Positions 1 to 10,885 are shown, counted from the first letter of the stretch. The stretch is 64,000 nt of DNA from an uncultured Planctomycetota bacterium (GCA_963758025.1 CAVWUA010000012.1:53407-117406), one strand, 5' to 3'. The notes: generated from the sequence alone by a model not told the origin. Numbers and translations: made by a program.

Positions 1-11
1 TCCTTCTCAAT

Positions 12-1080
12 TCAATTGACGCAAGGGACGATCGACGGCCGCAGAGGGATGGTGGACATCGGAGCGATGGCGATCAGGCCTTCCCCCTGGGAACGGGCGC
101 GGGTCAGGGCTTCGCTGACGGCGGCCAGCAGGGGGCCGGCTTCCCGGGCGTGCTCGGGATAGGAAACCACGCCGATCGAGACACTCAGCGGTTTCGCGAG
201 GGCCGACGCGACGCACGCTTCGGCGATGGCGCGTCGCAGGGTCTCGGCCACCTTCGGGGCGTCGTCGCTCGACGCGCCGGGCAGGACGGCCACGAAGCGG
301 TCGTGCTCGACCCGGGCGACGACATCGCTGGCTCGAAGCGTGCCGATCATGGCCCGGGCCATGCGTCGCAAGACGACATCGACGATCGCCTCGCCGTGCG
401 CGGCCCGGGCGCTTTCCAGATGATCCGCGCCGATGCACAGGAGCGAGAGCGGTTCGTCCCGGCGCCGCGCCTGAGCCAGGGCGTGGGTCAGGAACGCGTG
501 GAGGAACGGCGGCGTTATCGGCGCCGCTGACCGGATCGCGCGTGGCCTCGGCCTCGTCCAGGGCCCGCCGCGCGGCGGTCTCGGCGGTGGCGGCCAGAGC
601 GCAAAGGGTGGTCAAGCGACGCACCAGGCTCGCCGGCCAGCGGCGCCGGCGGGCGGGGAACAGCCGGAGCAGGCCCCGGACCTGACCGCCGAACCGGAGC
701 GGAATACACAGCGGCGCCACCGGCGGCTCGGCCGCCGGGAGCCTCCCCGGCCGTGCGAGGCCGCGCGGCGACGGTCGGCCTGGCGACTCGGGCCAGGAGA
801 CGGCCCGACGCGCGGTGCCTCCCGGTCCGTCGTGCAGGTCCAGCTCGACCCGGCGGGCGCCGGAGGTCCGGCACGCCAGGAAGACCAGGGTCATGCGGAC
901 CTCCGCCGGCGACCGCGCCACGCGGAGCAAGTCGGCAAACTCGTGGATCGAGCGGTCAGTGCGCCAGGGCTTCGGCATTCTGTCCGATAGCCGGCGCGCC
1001 CAGGACGAGGCGCCTTGGATCGTGGCAAGGGCCCGGCGTCGCTGGCCATTCTTGGGCGTTCGCGTCGACGGATCGGGCAT
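12..1080 (-). CDS. Sensor (GAF-like N-terminus) plus degenerate GGDEF-domain protein; apparent frameshift near 515-545 separates the N-terminal part (1080..~540) from the GGDEF part (~557..12)
   Basis: The minus-strand translation of 557..12 is a GGDEF domain: RRRDEPLSLLCIGADHLESARAAHGEAIVDVVLRRMARAMIGTLRASDVVARVEHDRFVAVLPG...SIGVVSYPEHA. The GG(D/E)EF signature is replaced by EHDRF, so cyclase activity is probably lost. The 1080..~545 frame gives a plausible sensor N-terminus (IHEFADLLRVARSPAEVRMTLVFLACRTSGARRVELDLHDGPGG) and then runs into Arg-rich nonsense; the two parts are in different frames. Confidence 0.6.
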
Positions 1081-1445
1081 GATCGCTCCGGGGGTTTGAG
1101 GGCGGAATGGGGGGCATTACCTTGCGTACATGCTTGATTGTGAGCAGTCTCTTGTGCTCGAAAGGACTATAGCTCGCGGTCTGACTGTCGGGATTGAATC
1201 GGCCTTGCCAGACGTGCCGAAAGTCGGCAAGATGCCGCCCCGGTTGCTGCTTTGCGGCAACACAAACAACGGCAGACCGCGCGGACGCGTCCGTCACATC
1301 GCTTGTCAACTCCTTTGGCCGTTCCTCTCGGATCGCAGCGTAGCGCCCCTTTTCTCGTGGAGGGAAAGGGCTGGGAACCTGTCGGCTCGGTTCGGTTCGG
1401 TCCGTCCACACGACCCCTGACCCTTTCTTGGATGGGGCCCTTCTC

Positions 1446-2039
1446 ATGCAGAACAGGCTGACGGCGGCCGCCCTTTGCCTGGCCCTGGCCGCCCTGGGGC
1501 AGGCCGGTTGCGCCTCGACACCGATTCCGTTCCGTTCCCCGTTCGCCCCCAGGCCGGTCGTGCCCAACCCCTTGATCGTGCCCTCGAACGACTACGAGAT
1601 GGTCTGGCGGCAGACGGTCGCCGTGGTGGACGAGTATTTCGAGATCGCGCAGGAGAACCGGCTGGCCGGGCGGATCGTCACCCAGCCGAAGATCGGCGCG
1701 ACTTTGCTGGAGCCCTGGCTCGGCGATTCGGTCGGCTTTCAGGAGCGCCTGGAGTCGAGCCTTCAGACGATCCACCGGTTTGCCATCGTGACGATCAAAC
1801 CCGCGCCCGGCGGCGGCTACGCCGTGGAGGTCCAGGTCCGCAAGGAACTGGAAGACCTGGCCAAGCCCGAGCGCCAGGCCGGCGGCCGCGCCGTGTTCAT
1901 CAACGATTTCCCGGTCAACCGCACCCGCGAAGTCGTCGGCCCGGTTCCCTTGCCCCTCGGCTGGATTCCTCGCGGCCGCGATCCAAAGCTCGAACGGGTG
2001 ATCCTCGAACGTCTCCAGCGCAACCTGTTTCTCCGCTGA
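1446..2039 (+). CDS. Hypothetical lipoprotein (signal peptide with lipobox LGQAGC)
   Basis: The ORF at 1428..2039 has N-terminus MQNRLTAAALCLALAALGQAGCAST, a classic Sec/SPII signal with Cys lipobox. The rest is a coherent, non-Arg-rich ORF. Confidence 0.6.
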   Translation: MQNRLTAAALCLALAALGQAGCASTPIPFRSPFAPRPVVPNPLIVPSNDYEMVWRQTVAVVDEYFEIAQENRLAGRIVTQPKIGATLLEPWLGDSVGFQERLESSLQTIHRFAIVTIKPAPGGGYAVEVQVRKELEDLAKPERQAGGRAVFINDFPVNRTREVVGPVPLPLGWIPRGRDPKLERVILERLQRNLFLR

Positions 2040-2225
2040 GCGAAATCGTCCTCGTCCGTTCCGAACGTTGCCGGTTCTCGTCATCGCGGGCGGTGGCACC
2101 GACTTTGCGGCGATTCGTCGTGTGATTGGTGCCGCGCCGCGTTAGACTGAACCACTTGCGGCGACCGGGAAAGGCCCGGCCACCGACAGACCGACGACAG
2201 AGACGAGACGACGGGGACGATTCGG

Positions 2226-3428
2226 ATGATGCCCATCACGCGACAGGAGTTGGAAATCCTTCTCGACACGCCCGAGCGCAAGGACTATGTCGTCAGCGCC
2301 TATGCCGACATGCGCGTCAAGGACGGTTTCCATCGCTTCGTGGAAACCCACCTGAAGAACCAGGCCCGGGAGGCCGGGCACGCCCTTTCGGAAACCGAGG
2401 CGCGCAAGGTGCTCGATGCCAACATCACGGCGATCCGCGAGGCGGTCGAGACGGCCGATGCCTCCGCCCGGGGCCTGGCTGTTTTCAGTGGGGCTCAGCG
2501 CGGGTTGAAGCACGCCGTCAACCTGGACTTCCCCGTCGAGAACAAGCTGATCATCGACGAGGACCCGTTTGTCCTGCCGTTGCTGGAGCGCTGGTACGGC
2601 GAGCCGAATTACCTGGTCGCCATCGTCGATTCGCATCAGGTCCACCTCTTCGAGGCCCATTCCGGGGTCGCCGAGGAGGTCATGGAGATTCACCGCGAGA
2701 TCGACGAGGACACCCAGCGCGACAAGCCGCGCTTCAACTACAAGAAGCGTTTTGCCCAGACGAGGCACGAGCGCCTGCACAGCCTGGAGGAAGATGGATT
2801 CCTCAAGGCCGTGGCCGAGGTGATCCAGGACCACTGGAAGCTGGGTGTGTTCACCGGCCTGATGCTCCTGGGCCAGTCGCAGTCCACCGCCGCCGTGCGC
2901 CGGCTCCTGCCGAAGGACCTGGAGCACGCCGTCGTTGAGGAGCACGCTCAGACGATGACCTCCAAGGCGCAGGAGGTCGCCGATGATGTGGACCGGGTCA
3001 TGGCCCGCTGGCGCGAGAACCGCGAAACCCAGCTTCTGGGCGAACTGCGTCAGCGCTGGAAGGAAAACCACATGGTTGCCAACGGCCCGACCGAGGTGCT
3101 CGACGCCCTGCAACAAGGGCGGGCCACGCAGGTCGTCATCGGTTCCCGGCGCGATCTCTCCGGTGCGCGCTGCAATAGCTGCGGTTACCGTTTTGGCGCG
3201 CCAACCGAGAAATGCGTCTATTGCGGTGGGGATTGTCGCACGCTGAACGCCGTGCAGGAAATCCTCCGCATGGCCCTGCGACACCGCATCGCCGACGTGT
3301 ACCTGTTCAACAGCAACAATGGCAAGAACGACCCGTTGGCCGATGCCGGTGGTGTCTCCGCCCTCTTGCGTGCCGAAGCCAACTGGGCCCCCAACGGCGA
3401 CACCGCGAAATCCTCGCAGGGAGACTGA
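2226..3428 (+). CDS. eRF1/Pelota-fold protein (bacterial baeRF-like) with C-terminal-domain zinc-ribbon insertion (CxxC...CxxC)
   Basis: 400-aa ORF. It has a central beta-rich segment (YLVAIVDSHQVHLFEAHSG) followed by a basic loop (DKPRFNYKKRFAQTRHERLH). The C-terminal domain resembles eRF1 domain 3 (GPTEVLDALQQGRATQVVIGS...VYLF) and is interrupted by CNSCGYRF...CVYCGGDC. Confidence 0.5.
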   Translation: MMPITRQELEILLDTPERKDYVVSAYADMRVKDGFHRFVETHLKNQAREAGHALSETEARKVLDANITAIREAVETADASARGLAVFSGAQRGLKHAVNLDFPVENKLIIDEDPFVLPLLERWYGEPNYLVAIVDSHQVHLFEAHSGVAEEVMEIHREIDEDTQRDKPRFNYKKRFAQTRHERLHSLEEDGFLKAVAEVIQDHWKLGVFTGLMLLGQSQSTAAVRRLLPKDLEHAVVEEHAQTMTSKAQEVADDVDRVMARWRENRETQLLGELRQRWKENHMVANGPTEVLDALQQGRATQVVIGSRRDLSGARCNSCGYRFGAPTEKCVYCGGDCRTLNAVQEILRMALRHRIADVYLFNSNNGKNDPLADAGGVSALLRAEANWAPNGDTAKSSQGD

Positions 3429-3488
3429 ATTCGCATGGTTGATGGTCGATGATCCTCATCATCGACCATCAACCACCCCTCGTGCTTT

Positions 3489-4571
3489 TCACGGCTTGGT
3501 GGCTCCCGAGAACAGGGAGGGGAATTCTTCCGGTTTCCAGGGCACGAGCCGTGCCCCGTGGCTGGGCAGGACGCGGGGGATGGCGGAGAGGTCGTTGCCG
3601 ACGATCGGTGGCTTGACCGTGCGGCCGTCCCCCCAGTGGCCAAGGTCGCGCAACAGGGTGCCATGATTGGTCGCGGCATCCAGGGTCTGCCCGGAGAAGG
3701 CGGCTTCCAGAGTCAGGTCGGCCAGCCGCCAGAAGCCGAACCGGTCGAGAATATCAACCCCGGCGTTCTTCATCTGGAACTGGCGGAATGGCCCTTCGCC
3801 GGTGTCGAGCTTCGCCAGGGAGCCGCTCGGGGCGAAGTGCTCGGCCATCAAGGGGACCGGCCCCTGCCGGTCGGTGCGGTACAGCACGTAGAGCTTTCGG
3901 TCCTCGGGCACGGCGGTCGCCTGGGCGTGGATCTCCCGAGCGCGGACGTCGCCGACGATCACGTCATGCTCACCGGCGACGACGACCAGCAACGTCTCGG
4001 GCGGGATGCGGCTCAGGTCCGGGTCGCCGGGCACGGGCCGGACCTCGCCCGGCATCAGGGCGATGACCGCCTTCGGGATCGGAAGGCCCTCGTCCAGCGC
4101 GACGGCGGCCATCAGGGCCGAGAGGTTCCCCCCGGCCGAGTGGCCGATCAGGGCGAACCGATCAAGATCGGGCCGGACGTGCCCCGGCGACATCAAGAGC
4201 ACGTCCAGGGCGTCTTTCACGGCCGAAAGGGCATTCGGCAGGTACGCCGCGGGCGGGGTCATCCAGTCGGCATGATAGCGCGGGAAGATCACCACGAACC
4301 CGCGACGCGTCAGATGCTCGATCCACGCGCCATAGACACCGGGATTGACCGCCAGCCAGCCGTGATGAAAGACCACCACCGGCGCCTTGGTGGGTTTCGG
4401 TTCCGCCGGCTCGAACAGCCAGTAGGAACGACTGCCTTCACCGAGTTCCTGACTTGTGAAGGACTTGTGGGGGTATTCGGGGATGCCGACCGCTTCCGTC
4501 GCGCGTCCGGGCGAACCCGTCGCGAGCAGAAATACGGAGGCAAGTGGGACCAGCCGAGTGAACCGGGGCAT
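3489..4571 (-). CDS. Secreted alpha/beta-hydrolase fold protein (GHSAGG nucleophile elbow)
   Basis: Within the ORF at 3489..4739 the likely start is MPRFTRLVPLASVFLLATG (signal peptide), ATG at 4571. The motif LIGHSAGGNLSA matches GxSxG. It sits downstream of the YiiX-like gene on the same strand. Confidence 0.7.
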   Translation of the reverse strand: MPRFTRLVPLASVFLLATGSPGRATEAVGIPEYPHKSFTSQELGEGSRSYWLFEPAEPKPTKAPVVVFHHGWLAVNPGVYGAWIEHLTRRGFVVIFPRYHADWMTPPAAYLPNALSAVKDALDVLLMSPGHVRPDLDRFALIGHSAGGNLSALMAAVALDEGLPIPKAVIALMPGEVRPVPGDPDLSRIPPETLLVVVAGEHDVIVGDVRAREIHAQATAVPEDRKLYVLYRTDRQGPVPLMAEHFAPSGSLAKLDTGEGPFRQFQMKNAGVDILDRFGFWRLADLTLEAAFSGQTLDAATNHGTLLRDLGHWGDGRTVKPPIVGNDLSAIPRVLPSHGARLVPWKPEEFPSLFSGATKP

Positions 4572-4802
4572 GGCATGACGATCCTTCGTGGTGCCCAACG
4601 CCGGGCCGACCATGGCCCGGCGCGTCTCTCGGAGAGGTAACGAAAGGAACGTCGATATAACAGGAATCCCGATCCCTGGCAACATCAGTCGTGTAGTACG
4701 TTGGGTGCGGGATCGGCATTCGAAGGATGTTCCTCGCACGCGAACGTCGAGACATGGGAACAGGGCGAAGGGTCGCTCTTTTGGGAGATGAGCGAGGGCC
4801 GG

Positions 4803-5769
4803 TCACCCCGGTTCCGTCCGTCCTTGTTTTCTTTTTCGGCGAATCACCCCTGCGTCTTCTTCTGGCCCGCGTCGGAATTCTGGTGGGCGACGTCGGAATC
4901 CTGTTGTTCGGGCGTCGTCGCTCTCGGTGTTGGCGTTGGCCGAAGGGGACTTCCCGGATTCCCCGCTCGCCGACGTCCGGCCCGGGGGCGGATAGACCTG
5001 CTCCAGCAACGGTGAGGACCAGATGCCGTGCCGCTCGTTGCCGGGGAAGAAGACCTGCTGCTCCAGCGACAGCGGCTCTGGCAGAAGCATCGACGAGAGA
5101 TACTGGAGCAGGAACATCGCGATCGGATGCTTCGTGGCGTTCTCCATGTCCCCCAGCTTGATCGGCTCAGACAGGATCAAGCCGGAAGCTCGGTACGCCT
5201 TCTCGGTCATCTCGACGCAGTACAGGGCCGAGTTGTCCAGGCCGAGGTTGTAGTCGAATGGCACTTGCTCCGCGAAGACCGTGCGGCAGAATTGAAGGAT
5301 CTTGGGGATCTCCCCCCGATAATCCGACCGCAAGCCGCTTCACGCCGATCGGGCCGACGTTGTCGAGCACCCAGACGTGGAACGGCTGCCGGCGCACGCC
5401 GGCCTTGGTCGTGTCATAAACGAACGGATCGCCGTTCTCGATCGACACGATGCCCGTATGGGAGTAGCGGCTGCCGCTGGTCCGGGCAATGAACCGGCTG
5501 AACGGGAAGTAACCGAACAGCAGGCGGGCGTCCCCCTGGCGGAACAGGATATCCCCGTCCTTCAGGACGGTGTGTCCCCAGCGGTCCCATTTCTCCATCA
5601 AGGGGGTTATCGGAATCGGCGGCAGTTCGCCGTTTTCGCGCGCACGGGCGGCCACGGGGCCCCAGGGGTTGCCTTCCCAGCCGGGCGGAACGAGGGTGTC
5701 TGTTGGTTCTTTCCCGGCGTCCTGAACCTGGACCGTGAAGGCCAGAATCCAGCTCAATACCTTAAGCAT
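4803..5769 (-). CDS. YiiX/YaeF-family permuted papain-fold (NlpC/P60-like) peptidase, secreted; apparent frameshift near 5335-5350
   Basis: The N-terminal ORF (5769..~5340) has a signal peptide and the His motif SRYSHTGIVSIENG. The C-terminal ORF (5333..4803) has the Cys motif SALYCVEMTEKAY. The two ORFs overlap in different frames, and there is a C6/G4 homopolymer region at 5305-5317. Confidence 0.65.
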
Positions 5770-6182
5770 GAATCGTACACCTCGACGAGTGACTTGTAAG
5801 TGTGGGTCTGCGTTGCGCCCCTCACTGTTCCTGTGATTGTCGCTCTGGGGAGGTCAAGCATCGGTTGGATCACTCCCATTTCGCTTTCGGAAGACGCTCC
5901 GAGAGTCCGCCACGCCATCCTTCCAGAAACCCTCCGGTTGGTTGTGGCGACCACTCTTCAGGAGAATCCACGCTCCATGATATTACGAATCTCGTGCCAG
6001 AGGGAGGTCTCTTCCGTATTCATCTTCCGTTATTCACGCGGAGAATTCGTCTTCAGTTTCCACGCGAAAAGGACGATAGCTGCTGATTGTCGGGGATTGC
6101 CGGTTTATTCCGGTGAATGGCGTCCAGGGATTGCCGAGGTGCCGTCACGGATGATCGCACCGAACTGATTTTCGGATGTTGT

Positions 6183-6530
6183 ATGCGCAAAGGATGGCGC
6201 ACGATAGTCTTGGGGCTCCTGGCGTTGGCCTTTCCGCTAACGTCACCCGGTCGTGGCGCGCCTCCGCTGGGGGTCGCGGATGATCCCGTCGTCCGCTTGA
6301 CCATCGAGATCAACTGGACCCGTCCGATTTTACCCGCCTTGCCCAATGCCCCGGCACCCGCTCAGGTCCCTGTTGAAATTGACCTGGAACTGACCGAGGG
6401 CCGGGTGATCGAGGCGTTGGGCTGGCCGCCGACGGGGACCGAGGTTCCCGAGGCGCGCCTGGCGGGGCGGCCTGGCGGCTCGGGCAAGGGCCTCGGGGAC
6501 GGGTCCGGGCGCGGATCGAGGCGCCGGTGA
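6183..6530 (+). CDS. Secreted hypothetical protein; probably the N-terminal part of the large downstream protein (4-nt GTGA overlap, or a frameshift)
   Basis: MRKGWRTIVLGLLALAFPLTSPGRGAPPLG is a signal peptide. Its stop overlaps the GTG start of the 6527..9954 ORF. Confidence 0.45.
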   Translation: MRKGWRTIVLGLLALAFPLTSPGRGAPPLGVADDPVVRLTIEINWTRPILPALPNAPAPAQVPVEIDLELTEGRVIEALGWPPTGTEVPEARLAGRPGGSGKGLGDGSGRGSRRR

Positions 6531-9500
6531 CGGCCAGCGTGATCGTGCGGGCGTCGGGGCATGCCACGCGGTTCCCGATCCAGAGCGTGCTGGAGGCTCC
6601 TCAGCGCAGTTTGCCCCCTTCGCCCGTGGAAATCTGCGTGACGCGGCTCCCCTGGGACGCGCTGGAGGTCCGGCTGGAGACGGGGGACGGGATCGCCGCG
6701 CCGGGGTCCATCGTGCCGGTGTCGCTCGGGTTCAACATCCTGACGCCCGAGCCGGAGGAGATCGCGCTGCGGTACACGGCGGAGCTTCGACCGATCCGGG
6801 GCGGCGAGGTGCTCTGGAGCTGCGATCAACTCAAAGCCTTGCCCAGCAACGCGGCGCGGCCCGATCCGGTGCGGCTCGACGTGCCGGCCCCCCGCGAGGA
6901 GGGGACGTACGTACTGGAGGTGCGAACCACCTGGGAGCCGGCCGTCGCGCGGGAGGGATCACGACTCAGTCGGCTGATCCACCGCCGAAGGGCGGCGACG
7001 CCGGTGACGGTCGTCCGGCAGGTCTCGCTGGTGGTGATGGGCGACGGCCCTCCCCGGGCGACGGCCACGCCGGGCGGAACCGGAACGATCGTCGATGTCG
7101 TGGATCTGTCCAGGGTCCGGGGCGGCCGGGCATCGGCCTCGGGACGATCGCCGGAGGCGGAGGCGGAGGCGCTGGCCTGGAATGTTCCACCCGAGGCCCT
7201 GGTCGAGTCCACCCGTCACGACCGACTGACGGGCCTGATCCCGTTCAGCGGGCCGGAGATGGCGACGCTTCCCCCGGTTGACGCGAACGGCCTGGCCTGG
7301 TCGGCCCTGGGGATGAAGGTTGCCCATCCGGGGCAGCCGCACCGGCTGACCTTGACGGTCACGGGGGGAGATGTCTCGGGCCTGGCCGTGGCCCTGATCG
7401 CGCCAGGGAGCCGTCCCCGGCTGTTGCTCGATGCCACGGCGCCGGGTGGCGCGGGGGCGATCGCGCCGGGGAGCCCGCCGCTGACGTTCTCGTGGCCGGT
7501 CTGGCCCGACGCGCCCGAGCCGGTCGTGGTGCTGGCGAACCGGGGGGCATCGGCGGTGCGGCTGGGAGCGATCACTCTGACCGAACTTCCCGCCGAGCCG
7601 GCCCCCGCCTCACTGGCCGAGACGCACCCGGAGGCTCCACGCGCTCTGGGCCTGTTCCTGGCGGGGCCTCGGTCGCTGGAGCGGTTCGGCGGCACGGTCG
7701 AGGGAGGCGGACCCGCGGACGCGCTGGCCGAGGCGCGGCATCTGGCCGCCTATCTACAACATGTCGGCGCGACGCTGGCGGTCTTGCCCGAGGGCCTGGC
7801 CGATCGGTCGCGGCGGGAAGCCCTCGACGGCCAGGCGGGGGAGGACGCGATTGGCCCCGACCGGCTCGGCGTGGTCCTTCGCGTGCTGGCACGGCGGAAC
7901 CTCTCCGCCGTGCTTGACTTGCGGCTCGATAGTGGGCCCTTGCCGGGCCTGCCCGCGCCCGAGACGGCCGCGGCCCGACAGCGGGGACTGGTCCGGCTCA
8001 ATGGGCGAGGCGAGGCCGATGGACCGGCCTATAACCCGATCCATCCCGACGTCCGCGCGGCCTTGCAGCGGCGGGTCGCCGAGGCGATCGCGCCGAGGAC
8101 AGCGCACCCTAATCTGCAAGGCGTCCTGATCCGGATCGGCCCTGGGCCGACCGTGCTGGGTTTGCCCGACACGGGGCTGGACGACCAGACATTCGCGCGG
8201 TTCGTCGCGGCGAAGTTCGACCCGGACGCGGCGAAGAAGGTGCCGGGACTGGGTGGCGAGGCTGCGAACCGCTTCGCCCTGCGGCAGCAGTTCCTCGCCG
8301 GACCAGGGCGGTTGCCCTGGCTCTCCTGGCGGGCGCAGGAACTGGGCGGCGTCTATCGCGAGCTGGCCCGCGCCGTGGCGAAGGCCGCGCCGGGGGCATC
8401 GCTGGTCGTCTCGACGCCCGTTCTGGACGATGGCCCGGCCGGTCAGGAGGCACGACGGGGGGACCGGGCGGGCTTGCCGCCGCTCCTGGCCTGGCGGGCT
8501 GTCGGGCTGGACCTGGACGCCTGGCCGTCGGGCGACGGTGGGCCGGTCGTGCTGCGAGACGTTCCCCCGCGCGGGATGACCTCGGCCGTGACCTGGCGAC
8601 CCACCCCGAGCTGGATGCCCCGGTGGCGCGTCGGCCGGATCGTGGCGCCCTGCTGGGAGTCTCGCCGATGCCGTCGTCGGAGAACGACCCGGAGCGCCTG
8701 GTTCTCTCGGCCGCGCCGACGGTCGCCGGTCCGGCCGGCGACGAGCCGCTCGGGCACGCTCTGGCCGTGCTCGACGCCCGCTGGATCATTCTGGGCGCGG
8801 CGATGGTGAATGGACGCGAGGACCGGATCGGCCGGTTTGCCCGTGTCTTCCGTGCCTTGCCGGTCCCTCCCGGGCCGCAGCCGCCGGCGCAGCGTCCGGA
8901 ATCGGGCGTGGCCGTGCGGTCGCGCAGCGTCGGAGGTCGGAGCTATGTGGAGATGGCCAACGATACACCCTACACGATCTGGGTCGATACGGTGCTCCGA
9001 ACCCCCGCCTCGGCGGAGGTGGATGACCTGGGGCGTGGCCTGACCCTGGAGCCGCAGGCGGTCGCCGGGGGCAAGCGGCTGGTCATCGAACTGCGTCCGT
9101 TCGGTGTGGCGGCCTTGCGGGTCGGCAGCCCGGACCTCGTTCTGGACGGCATAACGCCGCACCTGCAAGACGATCTGAAACCCCTGCACAACGCCCTGTT
9201 GGCCCGGCTGGAGCGGCTTTCGCAAGGGGGTGGACTGGGGGGGCCGCCGAACCCGACGTTTGAGCCATCCGGCCCCCACACAACGCTGACGGCCGAGATC
9301 AAGGCGGCGATGCGGGCCACTCCGCCGCCGACTGGCTGGAGCCTGGTCGGTGGGGACCCGGAGAGCGCGCTGACGATCGACCCGGAGCACCCGCACCGGG
9401 GGCAAGGGAGCCTGCGGCTCGACGCCCACGACGCGCCGGCCTCGGCGGCGAGCGACCCGTTCATCCCGCCTGCCGGGGGATCACTTCTGCTGGAGAGCTG

Positions 9501-9954
9501 GTTGCGGACCGACCGGCCGGAGTCGAAGGTGCGGGTCTGGCTCGAAGGGGAGGCCGGCGGCAAGGCAGTCACGAGGCGCACGGAGGTGGCCATCGGCACC
9601 GACTGGTTCGGCCTGAAGGTTCGCGCCCCGGACCTGCCCGAGCCGGGTCTGGATCAGCTCCGCCTGCGGTTCGAATTGCTGGAGCCGGGCGCTCTCTGGA
9701 TCGACGATCTGTCCGTCGCGGGCCAGGGGCCGTCCGAGCACGACCGCCGCGCCGAGCGCTTGCTGGTGACCGCCATGCAAGCCTACCGCGAGAAGCGTTA
9801 CGCCGATTTCGCCCGCCTGGTCGGCTCGCTCCGCGCCCGGTTGCCAGAGTCGGACCTGGTCCCCGCGCCTTCCCCGATCGCCGAGCGTCCCGACCCGTTG
9901 CGCACGGGAGATGCCGCCCCGACTGGCCTACCCCCCGGCCGTCGCCTGCGGTAA
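6527..9954 (+). CDS. Large hypothetical protein (~1140 aa, or ~1270 aa if fused with 6183..6530), no recognisable domain; frameshift near 8585-8605
   Basis: The ORF at 6527..8809 ends in Arg/Trp-rich nonsense, while the overlapping ORF at 8623..9954 continues with coherent sequence. The frame switch is near ...GMTSAVT / LATHPELDAPVARRPDRGALLG. Confidence 0.5.
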
Positions 9955-10081
9955 GATCGGCCTCGCGGAATAGATTGGTCCAATCAAGCCGGTGTGGCCG
10001 TTTTTTTTGACTTCGCCGCGCCGGAGCGATTGGTCTCTCGATCGTGAGTCGGTCGGCCCCAAGGAGGGTGAGGAGGTTCGG

Positions 10082-10846
10082 GTGTTTGTCGCGTGCAGCA
10101 CGCTCTGTTTCTCGAAGCTGCCCCTGGAATCAGCCCTGCGGCAGATCGCCGAGCTGGAATTCAACAAGATCGACCTGGCGATTACCGAGGACGGCGGCCA
10201 CCTGCGCCCCTCGGAGGTAGCCGAGAACCCCGAGGCGGCCCTGCAACGACTCCGCCAGGGGCCGAGCCTCACGCCGTCGGCGCTCGACCTGGATTTTGGC
10301 GACGTGGACTTCAAAACTCTGCGCAAGCGGTTCGAGGCGATGTGCCGGCTGGCCAAGCCCTTGACCGTCGCCGTGCTGACGATCCCCGCCGCGCGGCTCG
10401 GCACCTCGTTCGACGACGAGGTAACGCGGCTCTCCGCCCTGGCCGAGATCGCCCAGCGCGAGGGACTGGTCCTGACCGTCGAGACCCACTCCGAAACCCT
10501 GACGGCCGACCCGGCCGTGGCCGTCGAGTTGTGCAAGGCCGTCCCCGGTCTGGGCCTGACGCTCGACCCCAGCCATTACATCCACGGTCCGCACCAGGGG
10601 GAGAATTTCGACGAGGTCTTCCCCTACGTCCAGAACATCCACCTGCGCGATACCGGCAAAGGCCCTGACGACTTCCAGGTCCGCATCGGCCAGGGGGAGA
10701 TCGAGTACGGCCGGATCGTCACCCTGCTCGAACGCCACGGCTACAACCGCGCCTTGACCGTCGCCATCCTCGACGACCGCGAAAACCCCTTCGAAGTCGA
10801 GGTCGAGGTCCGCAAGCTCAAGCTGCTGCTGGAGAGCTTGATCTGA
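10082..10846 (+). CDS. Sugar phosphate isomerase/epimerase (xylose-isomerase-like TIM barrel) family protein
   Basis: RBS GAGGAGG lies 7 nt upstream of the GTG at 10082. Sequence features are VAVLTIP...LVLTVETHSETL...LTLDPSHYIHGPHQGENFDEVFPYVQNIHLRD, typical of the AP-endonuclease-2/xylose-isomerase-like TIM fold. Confidence 0.6.
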   Translation: MFVACSTLCFSKLPLESALRQIAELEFNKIDLAITEDGGHLRPSEVAENPEAALQRLRQGPSLTPSALDLDFGDVDFKTLRKRFEAMCRLAKPLTVAVLTIPAARLGTSFDDEVTRLSALAEIAQREGLVLTVETHSETLTADPAVAVELCKAVPGLGLTLDPSHYIHGPHQGENFDEVFPYVQNIHLRDTGKGPDDFQVRIGQGEIEYGRIVTLLERHGYNRALTVAILDDRENPFEVEVEVRKLKLLLESLI

Positions 10847-10885
10847 GAATGAGAATTCCGCCATCAACCATCTCGACCGCGGCTT

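Noticed and set aside
2142-4640. Long ORFs antisense to or overlapping real genes (e.g. 2142..3284-, 3558..4640+, 10130..10867-, 11310..12437+, 12295..13938-, 29757..31415-, 31604..33316+, 39797..41485-, 41528..43333-, 58822..60027-)
   Set aside because: Their translations are Arg/Gly/Pro-rich and low-complexity, typical shadow ORFs in 70% GC DNA. The opposite strand carries genes with clear conserved motifs.
10818-10846. 29-bp convergent overlap between the sugar isomerase gene and the kinase ORF
   Set aside because: It is an artefact of the frameshifted kinase 3' end. The true kinase C-terminus is in another frame ending at 10886, so there is no real overlap.
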